A stretch of DNA of 64,000 bases from Acetobacteraceae bacterium (GTDB lineage: Bacteria > Pseudomonadota > Alphaproteobacteria > Acetobacterales > Acetobacteraceae). The stretch covers positions 3,238 to 67,237 of the forward strand of contig DATMND010000003.1 of assembly GCA_035569235.1 (NCBI GenBank). Direction: 5' to 3'. Positions 38,010 through 47,135 of this stretch are shown piece by piece. The notes beneath the pieces were generated by a model that was given only the letters and a program-made list of their open reading frames with translations, ran no database searches and was not told the DNA's origin. The translations under genes were made by a program, and so were the position numbers. Positions within the stretch are counted from its first letter, which is position 1. Every line of letters begins with the position of its first letter.

Positions 38010-38891
38010 ATGATGTCCGACCCGATCGCCGGCTTGTGGGCGGCGGCGACCACACCGGTCGACGCCGCGGGCGCGGTCGATCATGCCGCATTGGCACGCC
38101 ACGCGCAGCGGCTGCTGCGTTGGGGCTGCGATGGCCTGGTGCTGTTCGGAAGTTGCGGCGAAGGCCCATCCTTTTCTGTTGCCGAGCGTCTCGCTGCCAC
38201 CGAAGCAGTGTTGCGCGCGGGGGTTGTCACGACATGCCTGGCTCTCGGCACCGGTTGCCCCGCGATCGCCGACACAGTGGCACTGACCAAGGGAATGCTC
38301 GCGCTCGGCATCACGCGGACGCTCGTGCTGCCACCGTATTATTTCGCGGGCGTGTCGCCGGAGGGCATCGAGGACGCCTATGCCGCCGTGGTCGATGGCG
38401 TGGCCGATGCGCGGCTGAGCGCATGCCTTTACCATATCCCGCAGGTCTGCGGCGTTCCGGTACCCGCGCCGGTACTGGCCCGGCTGCGCGCGCGCTATGG
38501 CGCGATGGTGTCCGGCGTGAAGGACAGCAGCGGCGACTTCGCGTCATTTTTGGCGTTCCGCGCCGCCGCGCCCGATGTCGCCACGCTGGTCGGGGCCGAG
38601 GTGCTGATCGCGCGTGCGATGGCGGCCGGCGGGCAGGGAACGATCTGCGGCATGGCGAATCTCGTGCCCGCGCTGGTTCGAAGGCTGCTCGTCGATGCAG
38701 GCGCCCAGGCGGAAATCGAGCGAGCGTGTGCGCCGGTCGACAGCATCCCGATGCTGAAGGCGGTGTTGGCGGCGATCACCGGCGAGGCGATCTGGCGAAA
38801 CGTCCGTCCGCCGCTGCGTGCGGCCGACGCAGTGGCGGGCGCGCGCATTGCGACCATGCTGGATACGCTGGAGCAACGTCCTGCGGCGTGA
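38010..38891 (+). CDS. Dihydrodipicolinate synthase/N-acetylneuraminate lyase family protein (class I aldolase)
   Basis: 293 aa with a DapA-family pattern (GSCGEGPSFSVAER, LPPYYF, YHIPQVCGV). The ATG at 38010 is preceded by AGGAGA. Confidence 0.8.
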   Translation: MMSDPIAGLWAAATTPVDAAGAVDHAALARHAQRLLRWGCDGLVLFGSCGEGPSFSVAERLAATEAVLRAGVVTTCLALGTGCPAIADTVALTKGMLALGITRTLVLPPYYFAGVSPEGIEDAYAAVVDGVADARLSACLYHIPQVCGVPVPAPVLARLRARYGAMVSGVKDSSGDFASFLAFRAAAPDVATLVGAEVLIARAMAAGGQGTICGMANLVPALVRRLLVDAGAQAEIERACAPVDSIPMLKAVLAAITGEAIWRNVRPPLRAADAVAGARIATMLDTLEQRPAA

Positions 38892-38949
38892 CGGCGTTCA
38901 CCGAACCGCATATCCTGCGAAAAGACACACGCCTGCCCGAGGACCGCAA

Positions 38950-40080
38950 ATGAGCGACATCGAAATGATCCAGCGCGCCCGCGATCTGGCGCCGCTGTTG
39001 GAGGAGGCCGGCGACGAGATCGAACGGCGGCGCGAACTGCCGGAACAGGTCGTGTCCGTGCTGATCGAGGGCAACTTCTTCCGCATGCTGCAGCCACGCT
39101 TCCTCGGCGGCGCCGAACTGCGGCCGGTGATCTTCACGCAGGTGACCGAGGCGCTGGCCCGAACCAACGCGTCGGTCGCCTGGTGCGTTGGCCAGAACAA
39201 CGGCTGCTCGATGTCCGCGGCCTATCTGGAGCCCGAGGTTGCACGCGAGATCTTCGGCCCGCCGACGGGGATTCTGGCGTGGGGACCGCCGGGTGCTCCC
39301 TTCGAGGCGCAGCCGGTGGATGGCGGCTATCGCATCAGCGGCAGGTGGCGCTTTGCGAGCGGCTGCCACCATGCCAGATGGCTCGGCGCGCATATGCCGG
39401 TCGCCGGGACGGGCAAGGTCCGGACAATGCTGTTCCCGAAATCCAGCGTTCAGATGAACGACATCTGGCACACGATCGGGCTGCGCGGCACCGCCAGCAA
39501 CGAATACGTGGTGAAAGACCTGTTCGTGCCGCAGCGCTACACGATGGCGCGCGACACGCCGGCCGAGCGGCGTGAGCAGGGGCTGCTGTATCGTTTCACC
39601 AGCAACCAGTTGTATTCCTGCGGCTTTGCGGGCGTAGGGCTGGGCATTGCGCGCGGCACGATCGACGATTTCCTGAACCTGCCGGCGAACAAGGTGTCGC
39701 GCGGGGCGTCGCGTCCGATGCGCGAGAACAACGTGGTGCAGTCGCAGCTTGCGCAATGCGAGGCGCGCTGGCGCTCGGCGCGCGCCTTCCTGCACACCAC
39801 CTGGGGGCAGGCGTGGGGCCACGTCGAGGCCACCGGCGCGCATACCGGCGAGGACCGGGCCATGATCCGGCTGGCCTCGACCTGGGCGATCCAGCAGTCG
39901 CGCGAGATCGTCAACACGCTGTATCATGCCGCTGGATCGATGGCGGTGTTCGAGGACCAGCCGTTCGAGCAGCGGCTGCGCGATATCCACACGGTCGCGC
40001 AGCAGTCGCAGGGGCGGCAGCTTCACTATGAGTCGGTCGGCCAGATTCTGTTCGGCATGGAGCCGGAAAACTATTTCTGA
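38950..40080 (+). CDS. Acyl-CoA dehydrogenase-fold flavin-dependent monooxygenase (HsaA/DszC-like oxygenase component)
   Basis: 376 aa. The N-terminus MIQRARDLAPLLEEAGDEIERRRELPEQVVSVLIEGNFFRMLQPRFLGG is typical of ACAD-like two-component oxygenases. Confidence 0.7.
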   Translation: MSDIEMIQRARDLAPLLEEAGDEIERRRELPEQVVSVLIEGNFFRMLQPRFLGGAELRPVIFTQVTEALARTNASVAWCVGQNNGCSMSAAYLEPEVAREIFGPPTGILAWGPPGAPFEAQPVDGGYRISGRWRFASGCHHARWLGAHMPVAGTGKVRTMLFPKSSVQMNDIWHTIGLRGTASNEYVVKDLFVPQRYTMARDTPAERREQGLLYRFTSNQLYSCGFAGVGLGIARGTIDDFLNLPANKVSRGASRPMRENNVVQSQLAQCEARWRSARAFLHTTWGQAWGHVEATGAHTGEDRAMIRLASTWAIQQSREIVNTLYHAAGSMAVFEDQPFEQRLRDIHTVAQQSQGRQLHYESVGQILFGMEPENYF

Positions 40081-40092
40081 TGGAGGAACAAC

Positions 40093-40503
40093 ATGCCTGC
40101 GATGTCGCTCAATCACTATACGATCCTGGCGCGCGATCTGGAGGCGACGAAGAATTTCTACACCGATGTCGTCGGCCTGTCGGTCGGTGACCGCCCGCCG
40201 CTCGCCTTCCCCGGATACTGGCTGTATTGCGGCGGCGTGCCGACGGTGCATCTGATCGGCCGCCGCGCCGACGATCCGGTGATTGCCGATGCGCCCGGCG
40301 ATCCGGCGAAGACCGGACGGCTGGACCACATCGCGTTCTCCTGCGAGGGGCTGCCGGGCATGAAGGCGAACCTTGAAGGCCACGGCATCAAGTTTGACGA
40401 ACGCGTGCTGCCGCGACTGAACATGACGCAGCTGTTCTACTACGATCCGGACGGCATCGCGGTGGAGTGCAACTTCGCGGCGCACGAAACGCCGGCGCGG
40501 TAG
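40093..40503 (+). CDS. VOC-family protein (glyoxalase/bleomycin resistance/extradiol dioxygenase fold)
   Basis: 136 aa with LNHYTILARDLEATKNFY...LDHIAFSC...YYDPDGIAVE. Confidence 0.8.
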   Translation: MPAMSLNHYTILARDLEATKNFYTDVVGLSVGDRPPLAFPGYWLYCGGVPTVHLIGRRADDPVIADAPGDPAKTGRLDHIAFSCEGLPGMKANLEGHGIKFDERVLPRLNMTQLFYYDPDGIAVECNFAAHETPAR

Positions 40504-40533
40504 GAGAGACCCCCACTCTCCGCCGTGTTTTTT
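40503..40533 (+). terminator. Weak rho-independent terminator candidate
   Basis: ggagag-N7-ctctcc stem followed by gccgtgtttttt, immediately after the VOC gene stop. Confidence 0.35.
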
Positions 40534-40535
40534 GA

Positions 40536-40574
40536 CTCCCTCCCCTGCGAAGCGGGGGAGGGTTGGGGAGGGGG
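40536..40574. repeat. Solo G/C-rich hairpin element related to the hairpins at 62.9-63.7 kb
   Basis: ctccctcccctgcgaagcgggggagggttggggaggggg has the same architecture as ctccctctccgccc..gggcggagagggccggggagaggtggggg. Confidence 0.6.
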
Positions 40575-40582
40575 CCTCGGCG

Positions 40583-41437
40583 CTACTCCGCCGCCATCCG
40601 TCCTTCGGCCGCGCGCTCCTTGATCGACGTGCGCCAGTGGATGCGATCCTCGTGCGGCGGATAGTCACCGGCGGCGCGGTGATATGAACAGCGGTTGTCC
40701 CAGATAACGATATCGCCGACCCGCCATTTGTGCCGGTACTCACCATCCGGCTGGATCATGTAGCCCGTCAGTTCGTCGATGACCGCGTCGCTCCCCTGCG
40801 CGTCCATACCCTCGATGCGCAGGATCTTGCCGGGATCGAAGTAAAGCGACTTCCGCCCGGTTTCCGGGTGGGTGCGGATGATCGGATGGAACACCGGCTT
40901 CCAGTCGCGATCCTCCTCGTTCAGCAGTTCCTGTTTCTTCCTGCGCCCGCCATAGGTGAACGCGCCGATCCGTCCGTCGAGGAGCTGTTTCAGCCGCTCC
41001 GGCAACGCCGCATAGGCCGCATAGCCATTGGCAAACAGCGTGTCGCCGCCAGTGCTGGGGATCGCCAGCGCATAAAGCTGAGTCGCCTTGAACGGCTCGG
41101 CGTCATACGCGCCGTCGGTGTGCCAGCCTTCGGCGCCACGCCGGTAGATGGCCTGGTTCAGCGTGCCGTCAGAATCGAACTTGTTGATGCCGAGCAGCGT
41201 GATCTCGGGAACCTCGGGATGCCGCGTGCTCTTGGCCGGATGCGGAACGACCGAACCGAAGCGGCGGCTGTAGTGAAGAAACTCTTCGAGCGTCAGCTCC
41301 TGGTCGCGCACCACCATGACATTGTGGTCGAGCCACGCCCGATAAATCGGCGCGAACCCCGCGTCGTCCAGCGTTTTCACGTCAACGCCAGTCACCTCGA
41401 CGCCGATCTGCGGTCCCATGCGGCGAATTTGCAGCAT
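40583..41437 (-). CDS. TauD/TfdA-family Fe(II)/2-oxoglutarate dioxygenase
   Basis: 284 aa with WHTDGAY (HxD) and a C-terminal VIWDNRCSYHRA motif. Confidence 0.88.
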   Translation of the reverse strand: MLQIRRMGPQIGVEVTGVDVKTLDDAGFAPIYRAWLDHNVMVVRDQELTLEEFLHYSRRFGSVVPHPAKSTRHPEVPEITLLGINKFDSDGTLNQAIYRRGAEGWHTDGAYDAEPFKATQLYALAIPSTGGDTLFANGYAAYAALPERLKQLLDGRIGAFTYGGRRKKQELLNEEDRDWKPVFHPIIRTHPETGRKSLYFDPGKILRIEGMDAQGSDAVIDELTGYMIQPDGEYRHKWRVGDIVIWDNRCSYHRAAGDYPPHEDRIHWRTSIKERAAEGRMAAE

Positions 41438-41547
41438 CGATGCTTCCTCCCGTCCCGAACACGGTAGTGACCGGGCTAAAGCGGGTCAAATTGGCAGCGT
41501 CGCGCACTGTGCCCTATACTGCGGCCAGGCCAGCATCGGAGCAGTTC

Positions 41548-42597
41548 ATGCATCTCTTCAAGCAGCATGCGGTCAAGGACTTCGCGCAAGCCGCGGAGAA
41601 GATCCCCGTGATCGACTACGGTCCGTATTTCGCTGGCGAGCCGGGCGCGCTCGAGCATCTGGCGGAGGACGTGCGTTATACGTGCGAGAACATCGGCTTT
41701 TTCTACGCGCTGAACCACGGTGTGCCGCGGGCTGTCATCGACCGGGGCTTCGCAGCGTCGCGGCGGTTCCATGCGCTACCGCTGGCGACGAAGCTGACGC
41801 TGCGGCTCAACGAGAACAACATCGGCTACATGCCGATGAACGCCTCTGTGCAGGGTGCATCGCAGGTGCACAAGGCAACCAAGCCCAACCAGAACGAGAG
41901 CTTCTTCGTCAGCCACGACCGCGGTCCGGATCATCCGGACGTGCGCGCCGGGATTCCACTGCGCGGGCGCAATCAGTGGCCAGACGGGCTGCCGGGTCTA
42001 CGCAAGGACATGATGGGGTATTTCCAGGCGCTGCGCGCGATGTGCGACCGCATGCTGCCGGCATTTGCCGTGGCGCTCGACATGCCAGCGGATTTCTTCG
42101 CGCCGTATTTCGCCAATGAAGGCCACGCCAATCTGCGCTTCCTGCATTATCCGCCGCAGGAGGACATGAGCGAGAACACGTTCGGCACCGCGCCGCATAC
42201 CGACAACAGCTTCATGACCGCACTCGCGCGCACCGATGTGCCGGGACTGGCAATACGTCTGCCGAGCGGCGAATGGTTCCCGCCGCCGATAATCCCCGCC
42301 ACGTTCCTGATCAACCTCGGCAACATCATGCGACGCTGGTCGAACGACCGGTTCCTTTCCACGCCGCACGGCGTGATCAACGAGTCGGGCGCCGACCGCT
42401 ATTCGATTGCGTATTTCCACAGCCCCAATCCGGCGGTGGCGATCGAGTGTCTGCCAAGTTGTGTGTCCGCTGACCATCCGCCGCGGTACCCGAAGGCGGT
42501 GTACCGCGATCTCGTGCTGGAGTTCTATCGCGCAAACTACTTCCACCAGAAGGGCCACAGGTCGCAGGCTGCGGCACTGGCTGGCGCCGCCGACTGA
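41548..42597 (+). CDS. 2OG-Fe(II) oxygenase (isopenicillin N synthase-like family)
   Basis: IPVIDYGPYF N-terminal motif, HTDNSFMT (HxD) and RYSIAYFHSPN. The ATG at 41548 is preceded by GGAG. Confidence 0.85.
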   Translation: MHLFKQHAVKDFAQAAEKIPVIDYGPYFAGEPGALEHLAEDVRYTCENIGFFYALNHGVPRAVIDRGFAASRRFHALPLATKLTLRLNENNIGYMPMNASVQGASQVHKATKPNQNESFFVSHDRGPDHPDVRAGIPLRGRNQWPDGLPGLRKDMMGYFQALRAMCDRMLPAFAVALDMPADFFAPYFANEGHANLRFLHYPPQEDMSENTFGTAPHTDNSFMTALARTDVPGLAIRLPSGEWFPPPIIPATFLINLGNIMRRWSNDRFLSTPHGVINESGADRYSIAYFHSPNPAVAIECLPSCVSADHPPRYPKAVYRDLVLEFYRANYFHQKGHRSQAAALAGAAD

Positions 42598-42616
42598 CCA
42601 AGGGGAAAACGACACG

Positions 42617-44287
42617 ATGAAAGCCTACGAAGCGATTGCGCAGTCCCTCATCGCCGAGGGCGTCACAGACTTCTTCGGCCTGATGGGCGACGGCAACATG
42701 TGGCTGTGGGCTGCGCTGTGCCGCAATCCCTCGGTCAAGCCCTACAATGCGCGTCACGAGTCCATGGCCGTATCGATGGCCGACGGATACACCCGGACCA
42801 CCGGCAAGATCGGCGTCGCAATGGTCACCTGCGGACCTGGCCTGACGCAATGCGGCACATCGCTGATCGCGGCCTATCGCGGCAAGACGCCGCTCGTGCT
42901 GATCGCCGGCGAAATCGAGGCCGGGTCAAAGAACAGCACCCAGACGATGGACCAACGCCGCTTCGCCGAAGCAAGCAGCTCGCGCTTCTTCACGCTCACC
43001 AGCCTCGACAACATGGCCGAGGAAATTGCCGAGGCGTTCTACGCGGCGCGCACGGGTCGGGGACCGGTCGTGCTGAACTTGCCGATGGGACTGCAGGAAG
43101 AATCCTTCGACTGGGACTACGAATATCGCCCATCCACCCAATTCCTGCCGCCCCGTGTGGAAACGCCAAGCCCCGACCTGTTGGCGCCGGTCATCGAAAA
43201 GCTGGTCGCGGCGGAGCGCCCGGTCATCATCGCCGGCCGCGGGGCAAGGGCATCGGGTGCCAAGGACGAGATCATCAAGCTGGCCGACCGCGTCGGCGCT
43301 TTGCTTGCAACTTCGCTGCAGGGCAAGGGGTACTTCGCCGGCCATAAGTGGGACATCGGCATTGCAGGCGCCTTCGCATCGGCGCCGTCGGAGCAATTGC
43401 TGGCCGACGCCGATTTTGTGCTGGGTGTGGGCGCGGAGCTTGGCTATTACACCACGGAAGGCGGACTGCTGTTCCCGTCGGCCGAAGTTGCGCGCATCGA
43501 CATCAAGCCGATGCCCGAGGAAATCGGCGTCATCCCCGGCTTGTATGTGCAAGGTGATGGACGCAAGGCGGTGACCGCCATCAATGAGGCGCTGGAAGCA
43601 CGTCAGGTTCGCAAGGAGGGCCTGCGAACTGCCGCGACCAGAGCGGTGCTCGATGCGCCGCCGCACCGGTTCGAGGCGCCTGCCGATGGTCTCGATCCCC
43701 GCGCTCTTGCGTGGAACCTTGGGGCAGCGCTGCCCAAGGGAGCGCTGTTCACCTGCGGCGCGGGACATTTCTTCACCTGGGTCGCGATGTACTCGCCACT
43801 GCCGGAAGGCGCGGAGATCCAGTACTCCTACGGCTTCGGCGCCGTGGGTCAGGGGATCGGCGTGGCGATTGGCACCGGCGCCGGCAATCCCGGACGGCCG
43901 CATATCGTGGTCGAGGGCGACGGCAGCCTGTTGTTCAACATCCAGGAGCTGGAAACGATCGTCCGCCATAAGATGCAAATGGTGCTGGTGGTGTGGAACG
44001 ACGCCGGCTACGGCGCCGAAGTGCACAAGCTGGTGGCCAAGGGCTTCGATGAAAAGCTGGCGCAGTGGGAGTCGCCGAACTTCGTAGCTCTGGCCAAGGC
44101 TTTCGGCGGTGACGGCGTGCTGCTGAAGGACCCGTCGGAGCTCGGTGGTGCGATTGCCGCGGGATTGCGCAAGGGTGGGCTTTATCTGATCGATGCGCGC
44201 GTATCGCCGACCACACCGACCGAACCGTATGCAAAGGTGCATTTCGGCCGTGAGAGCCATGCACCGTTGCTGCGCCCGGTTGCATAG
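42617..44287 (+). CDS. Thiamine diphosphate-dependent enzyme (acetolactate synthase large subunit-like)
   Basis: 556 aa. N-terminal pyrimidine-binding domain (HESMAVSMADGYTR..GVAMVTCGPGLTQ) and C-terminal ThDP motif (GDGSLLFNIQELETIVR...VVWNDAGYG). Confidence 0.85.
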   Translation: MKAYEAIAQSLIAEGVTDFFGLMGDGNMWLWAALCRNPSVKPYNARHESMAVSMADGYTRTTGKIGVAMVTCGPGLTQCGTSLIAAYRGKTPLVLIAGEIEAGSKNSTQTMDQRRFAEASSSRFFTLTSLDNMAEEIAEAFYAARTGRGPVVLNLPMGLQEESFDWDYEYRPSTQFLPPRVETPSPDLLAPVIEKLVAAERPVIIAGRGARASGAKDEIIKLADRVGALLATSLQGKGYFAGHKWDIGIAGAFASAPSEQLLADADFVLGVGAELGYYTTEGGLLFPSAEVARIDIKPMPEEIGVIPGLYVQGDGRKAVTAINEALEARQVRKEGLRTAATRAVLDAPPHRFEAPADGLDPRALAWNLGAALPKGALFTCGAGHFFTWVAMYSPLPEGAEIQYSYGFGAVGQGIGVAIGTGAGNPGRPHIVVEGDGSLLFNIQELETIVRHKMQMVLVVWNDAGYGAEVHKLVAKGFDEKLAQWESPNFVALAKAFGGDGVLLKDPSELGGAIAAGLRKGGLYLIDARVSPTTPTEPYAKVHFGRESHAPLLRPVA

Positions 44288-44290
44288 CCG

Positions 44291-44872
44291 ATGCACTTCG
44301 AGGGCGAGTTCCGCGTCCGGGGCAAGGCGGACGATGTGATCCATCGCTTCGCCGACGTGCCGCGCATGGCGCGCTGCATGCCGGGCGCGGTGCTCGAGCA
44401 ACAGACCGAGGACGGTGCCTGGCCTGGCGCGATGGTGGTCGCGTTCGGACCGAAGAGGATCAACTTCAAGGGCCGGGTCACCTGCGAGTTTGATTTCGCG
44501 GCGAAGACCGGATCGCTGCACGGCCGCGGGACCGCGGACATGCGGGCGGCGCGGATTGGGGTGAAGGTGGCCTTCGCGGTGCGCGAGGATCCGACCGCGG
44601 CAACGCCAACAAGTATCGTTGCAATCACGTCGGATGCGGAACTGGGAGGCGTGCTGGCGGACTTTGCCCGAACCGGCGGCGTGGCCGTGGCGAACGTCAT
44701 CATGCAGGATTTCGCCCGCCGCGCGGCGGAGGAATTCGCCAGCGACACGCCGGCGCCGTTTCCGACAGAACAAGCCGCGCCGGCACCGCTCGCCGTGCAT
44801 GATCTGCTGTGGCAGGTCATCAAGGCGAAGCTGGCTCAGTTCGCGCGCTGGCTCGGCATCGCGACGGCGTGA
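44291..44872 (+). CDS. CoxG/SRPBCC-family protein
   Basis: 193 aa. MHFEGEFRVRGKADDVIHRFADVPRMARCMPGA is typical of CoxG-like carbon monoxide dehydrogenase subunit G family proteins. Confidence 0.7.
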   Translation: MHFEGEFRVRGKADDVIHRFADVPRMARCMPGAVLEQQTEDGAWPGAMVVAFGPKRINFKGRVTCEFDFAAKTGSLHGRGTADMRAARIGVKVAFAVREDPTAATPTSIVAITSDAELGGVLADFARTGGVAVANVIMQDFARRAAEEFASDTPAPFPTEQAAPAPLAVHDLLWQVIKAKLAQFARWLGIATA

Positions 44873-44874
44873 CG

Positions 44875-46467
44875 ATGGACGCGGATTATGTGGTGATCGG
44901 CGCCGGCTCGGCCGGTTGCGTCATAGCCAGCCGGCTCAGCGAAACTGGTGCGCGTGTAACGCTGCTGGAAGCGGGGCCGCGCGACTGGCATCCGATGATC
45001 CACATCCCGGCCGGCGTGCTGAAGCTGCTGCATCACCCGGTGATCAACTGGAACTACAGCGCGGACCCCGGGCCCGGAACCGCAGACCGTTCGATCCACT
45101 GGCCGCGCGGCAAGGTCCTCGGTGGATCGAGTTCGATCAACGGAATGTTGTACGTCCGCGGCAACCCTGCAGACTTCGACGGCTGGGCGCAAATGGGCTG
45201 TCGCGGTTGGTCCTTTGACGACGTGCTGCCGTATTTCCGCAAGTCCGAAGACTACGTTCCGGGCGATGCAGAGTATCGCGGCAAGGGCGGCCCGCTGCGC
45301 GTCGAGGACTACCGCACGGTACTACCGCTCACGCATCGCTTCGTGGAAGCCGCGCAGCAGGCGGGCTTCGCGTTCAGTCCCGATCTGAACGGCAAGACGC
45401 AGGAAGGCGTCGGCTACTCGCAGATGACGCGCAACGGACGCTTCCGCGGCTCGACGGCGCAGACCTTTCTGGCGCAGGCAAAGCGTCGACCCAATCTGCG
45501 GATCGAGACCGACGCGATGGCGACGCGCCTGTTGCTGGAAGGCAACCGCTGTGCCGGCGTCGCCTTCCGGCAGCGTGGGCAGGATCGCGAAGCCCGTGCG
45601 GCGCGCGAGGTGATCCTGTGCGGCGGGGCGGTAAATTCACCCCACCTGCTGCAGATTTCCGGCATCGGGCCAGCTGAACATCTGCAATCGATCGGCGTTC
45701 CGGTGTTGCACGACCTTCCGGGGGTCGGTGCCAATCTCCAGGACCACTACGTCGCGCGCATTTCGCACCGAGCGAAGAACGCGGTCTCAATCAACCAGCT
45801 TGCGCACGGCATCCGCCTTGCGGGCGAGGCGGTGCGTTACACGGTGACGGGCCGAGGCGCGCTGACGTTCGGCGTCACCAGCGCGCAGGTGTTCTGCCGT
45901 TCGCGCGAAGGACTGGCGAGCCCGGATCTGCAGCTACTGTTCACGCCCGCCAGTTACGACGCCGCACGATTTGGCAAACTGGAACGCGCGCCTGGGATGA
46001 CCGTCGCAGTGTGTCCGGTGCGGCCGGGCAGCCGCGGCACGATCATGGCGCGTTCGGCCGATCCGTTCGCCGCGCCGGTCATCACGCCGAACTATCTGTC
46101 GGACCCGAACGATCAGCGCGTACTGAACGCGGGCCTGCGGTTCACGCGACAGATCTTTGCCGCGCCGGCGATTGCGCAGCACAGCGTCGAGGAAATTCTA
46201 CCTGGTCCGGCTGTCGCCTCCGACGAAGCCTTCGCGGATTACGCGCGCCGTTACGGCACGACGATCTTTCATCCGGTCGGCACCTGCCGAATGGGCGAAG
46301 GCCCCGGTGCGGTTGTCGATTCGCGTCTGCGCGCGCACGGGATGGACGGGCTGCGCGTGATCGATGCATCGGTGATGCCGACCCTGACGACCGGCAATAC
46401 AAATGCACCGACGATCATGATCGCCGAGAAGGGTGCGGCGATGATCCGCGAGGATGCATCGGCCTAG
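44875..46467 (+). CDS. GMC-family FAD oxidoreductase (choline dehydrogenase-like)
   Basis: [34 protein letters not shown] and a C-terminal HPVGTCRMG motif. Confidence 0.9.
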   Translation: MDADYVVIGAGSAGCVIASRLSETGARVTLLEAGPRDWHPMIHIPAGVLKLLHHPVINWNYSADPGPGTADRSIHWPRGKVLGGSSSINGMLYVRGNPADFDGWAQMGCRGWSFDDVLPYFRKSEDYVPGDAEYRGKGGPLRVEDYRTVLPLTHRFVEAAQQAGFAFSPDLNGKTQEGVGYSQMTRNGRFRGSTAQTFLAQAKRRPNLRIETDAMATRLLLEGNRCAGVAFRQRGQDREARAAREVILCGGAVNSPHLLQISGIGPAEHLQSIGVPVLHDLPGVGANLQDHYVARISHRAKNAVSINQLAHGIRLAGEAVRYTVTGRGALTFGVTSAQVFCRSREGLASPDLQLLFTPASYDAARFGKLERAPGMTVAVCPVRPGSRGTIMARSADPFAAPVITPNYLSDPNDQRVLNAGLRFTRQIFAAPAIAQHSVEEILPGPAVASDEAFADYARRYGTTIFHPVGTCRMGEGPGAVVDSRLRAHGMDGLRVIDASVMPTLTTGNTNAPTIMIAEKGAAMIREDASA

Positions 46468-47135
46468 GCTGCGACCGGCCAGTCCCGCTGCTGGTAAGCG
46501 CCATCCCAGAACAGCCACTCGTATTGCGTGGACCGGACGAACGCCGTCATCATGCGCACCCGCACCGATTCAGTCGTCGCGGACGCCGCGCGGTCGGTGA
46601 TGCCGATAACCATGCGCACCGCCTCGCCGAACCCCTCGTCCGCATAGGTATCGATCCACGCACGATACGGATTGTCCGGCGCAGCGCGTTTGGCAATCCG
46701 GCTTCCCACATCCCAATAAATCCAAAAGCACGGAAGCAACGCAGCGACCGATACTTCCCACGGATCATGATACGCGGTCGCAAGTAGGAAGCTGGTATAG
46801 CCGTGGCAATCGGGCGATGGTTCGGCGTCGGCCAGGCGAGCGGGATCGATGCCGAACTCCTGCAGGTACCGCTCGTGCAAAGCCTGCTCGACGGCGACGG
46901 CCTCCACCGCGCATCTGCCAAAGGCTTGCAACGTCGCACCATCGGGGCCTTTGACTCCCGCGAGTGCAAGCACCCGCGAATACTGCGCGAGATACAGCGC
47001 GTCCTGCACGATGTACCCCTGGAACCGCTCACGGCTCAGCGTGCCGGCAGCCAGTTCGGTGTTGAACGGCAGTGCGTCAATCGCCGCGCGCAGGAGTGCC
47101 GTGCGCTGCCAGGCGGAATCGGAGAATTGCGTCAT
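46464..47135 (-). CDS. tenA: TenA-family aminopyrimidine aminohydrolase (thiaminase II)
   Basis: FQGYIVQDALYL, the catalytic-Cys motif ALLPCFWIY and C-terminal QYEWLFWD align with B. subtilis TenA. Its stop codon overlaps the convergent GMC gene stop. Confidence 0.85.
   Translation of the reverse strand: MTQFSDSAWQRTALLRAAIDALPFNTELAAGTLSRERFQGYIVQDALYLAQYSRVLALAGVKGPDGATLQAFGRCAVEAVAVEQALHERYLQEFGIDPARLADAEPSPDCHGYTSFLLATAYHDPWEVSVAALLPCFWIYWDVGSRIAKRAAPDNPYRAWIDTYADEGFGEAVRMVIGITDRAASATTESVRVRMMTAFVRSTQYEWLFWDGAYQQRDWPVAA

Noticed and set aside
38776-40746. Very long antisense ORFs: 38776-40746(-), 7911-9311(-), 15838-17148(-), 42926-44800(-), 59889-61724(+), 61875-63512(-), 55099-56325(-), 47168-48592(+), 31664-32893(+)
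   Set aside because: These are typical stop-codon-poor shadow frames of high-GC DNA. They lie opposite or out of frame to ORFs with clear family motifs. Their translations are Arg/Ala/Gly/Pro-rich with no recognisable motifs.
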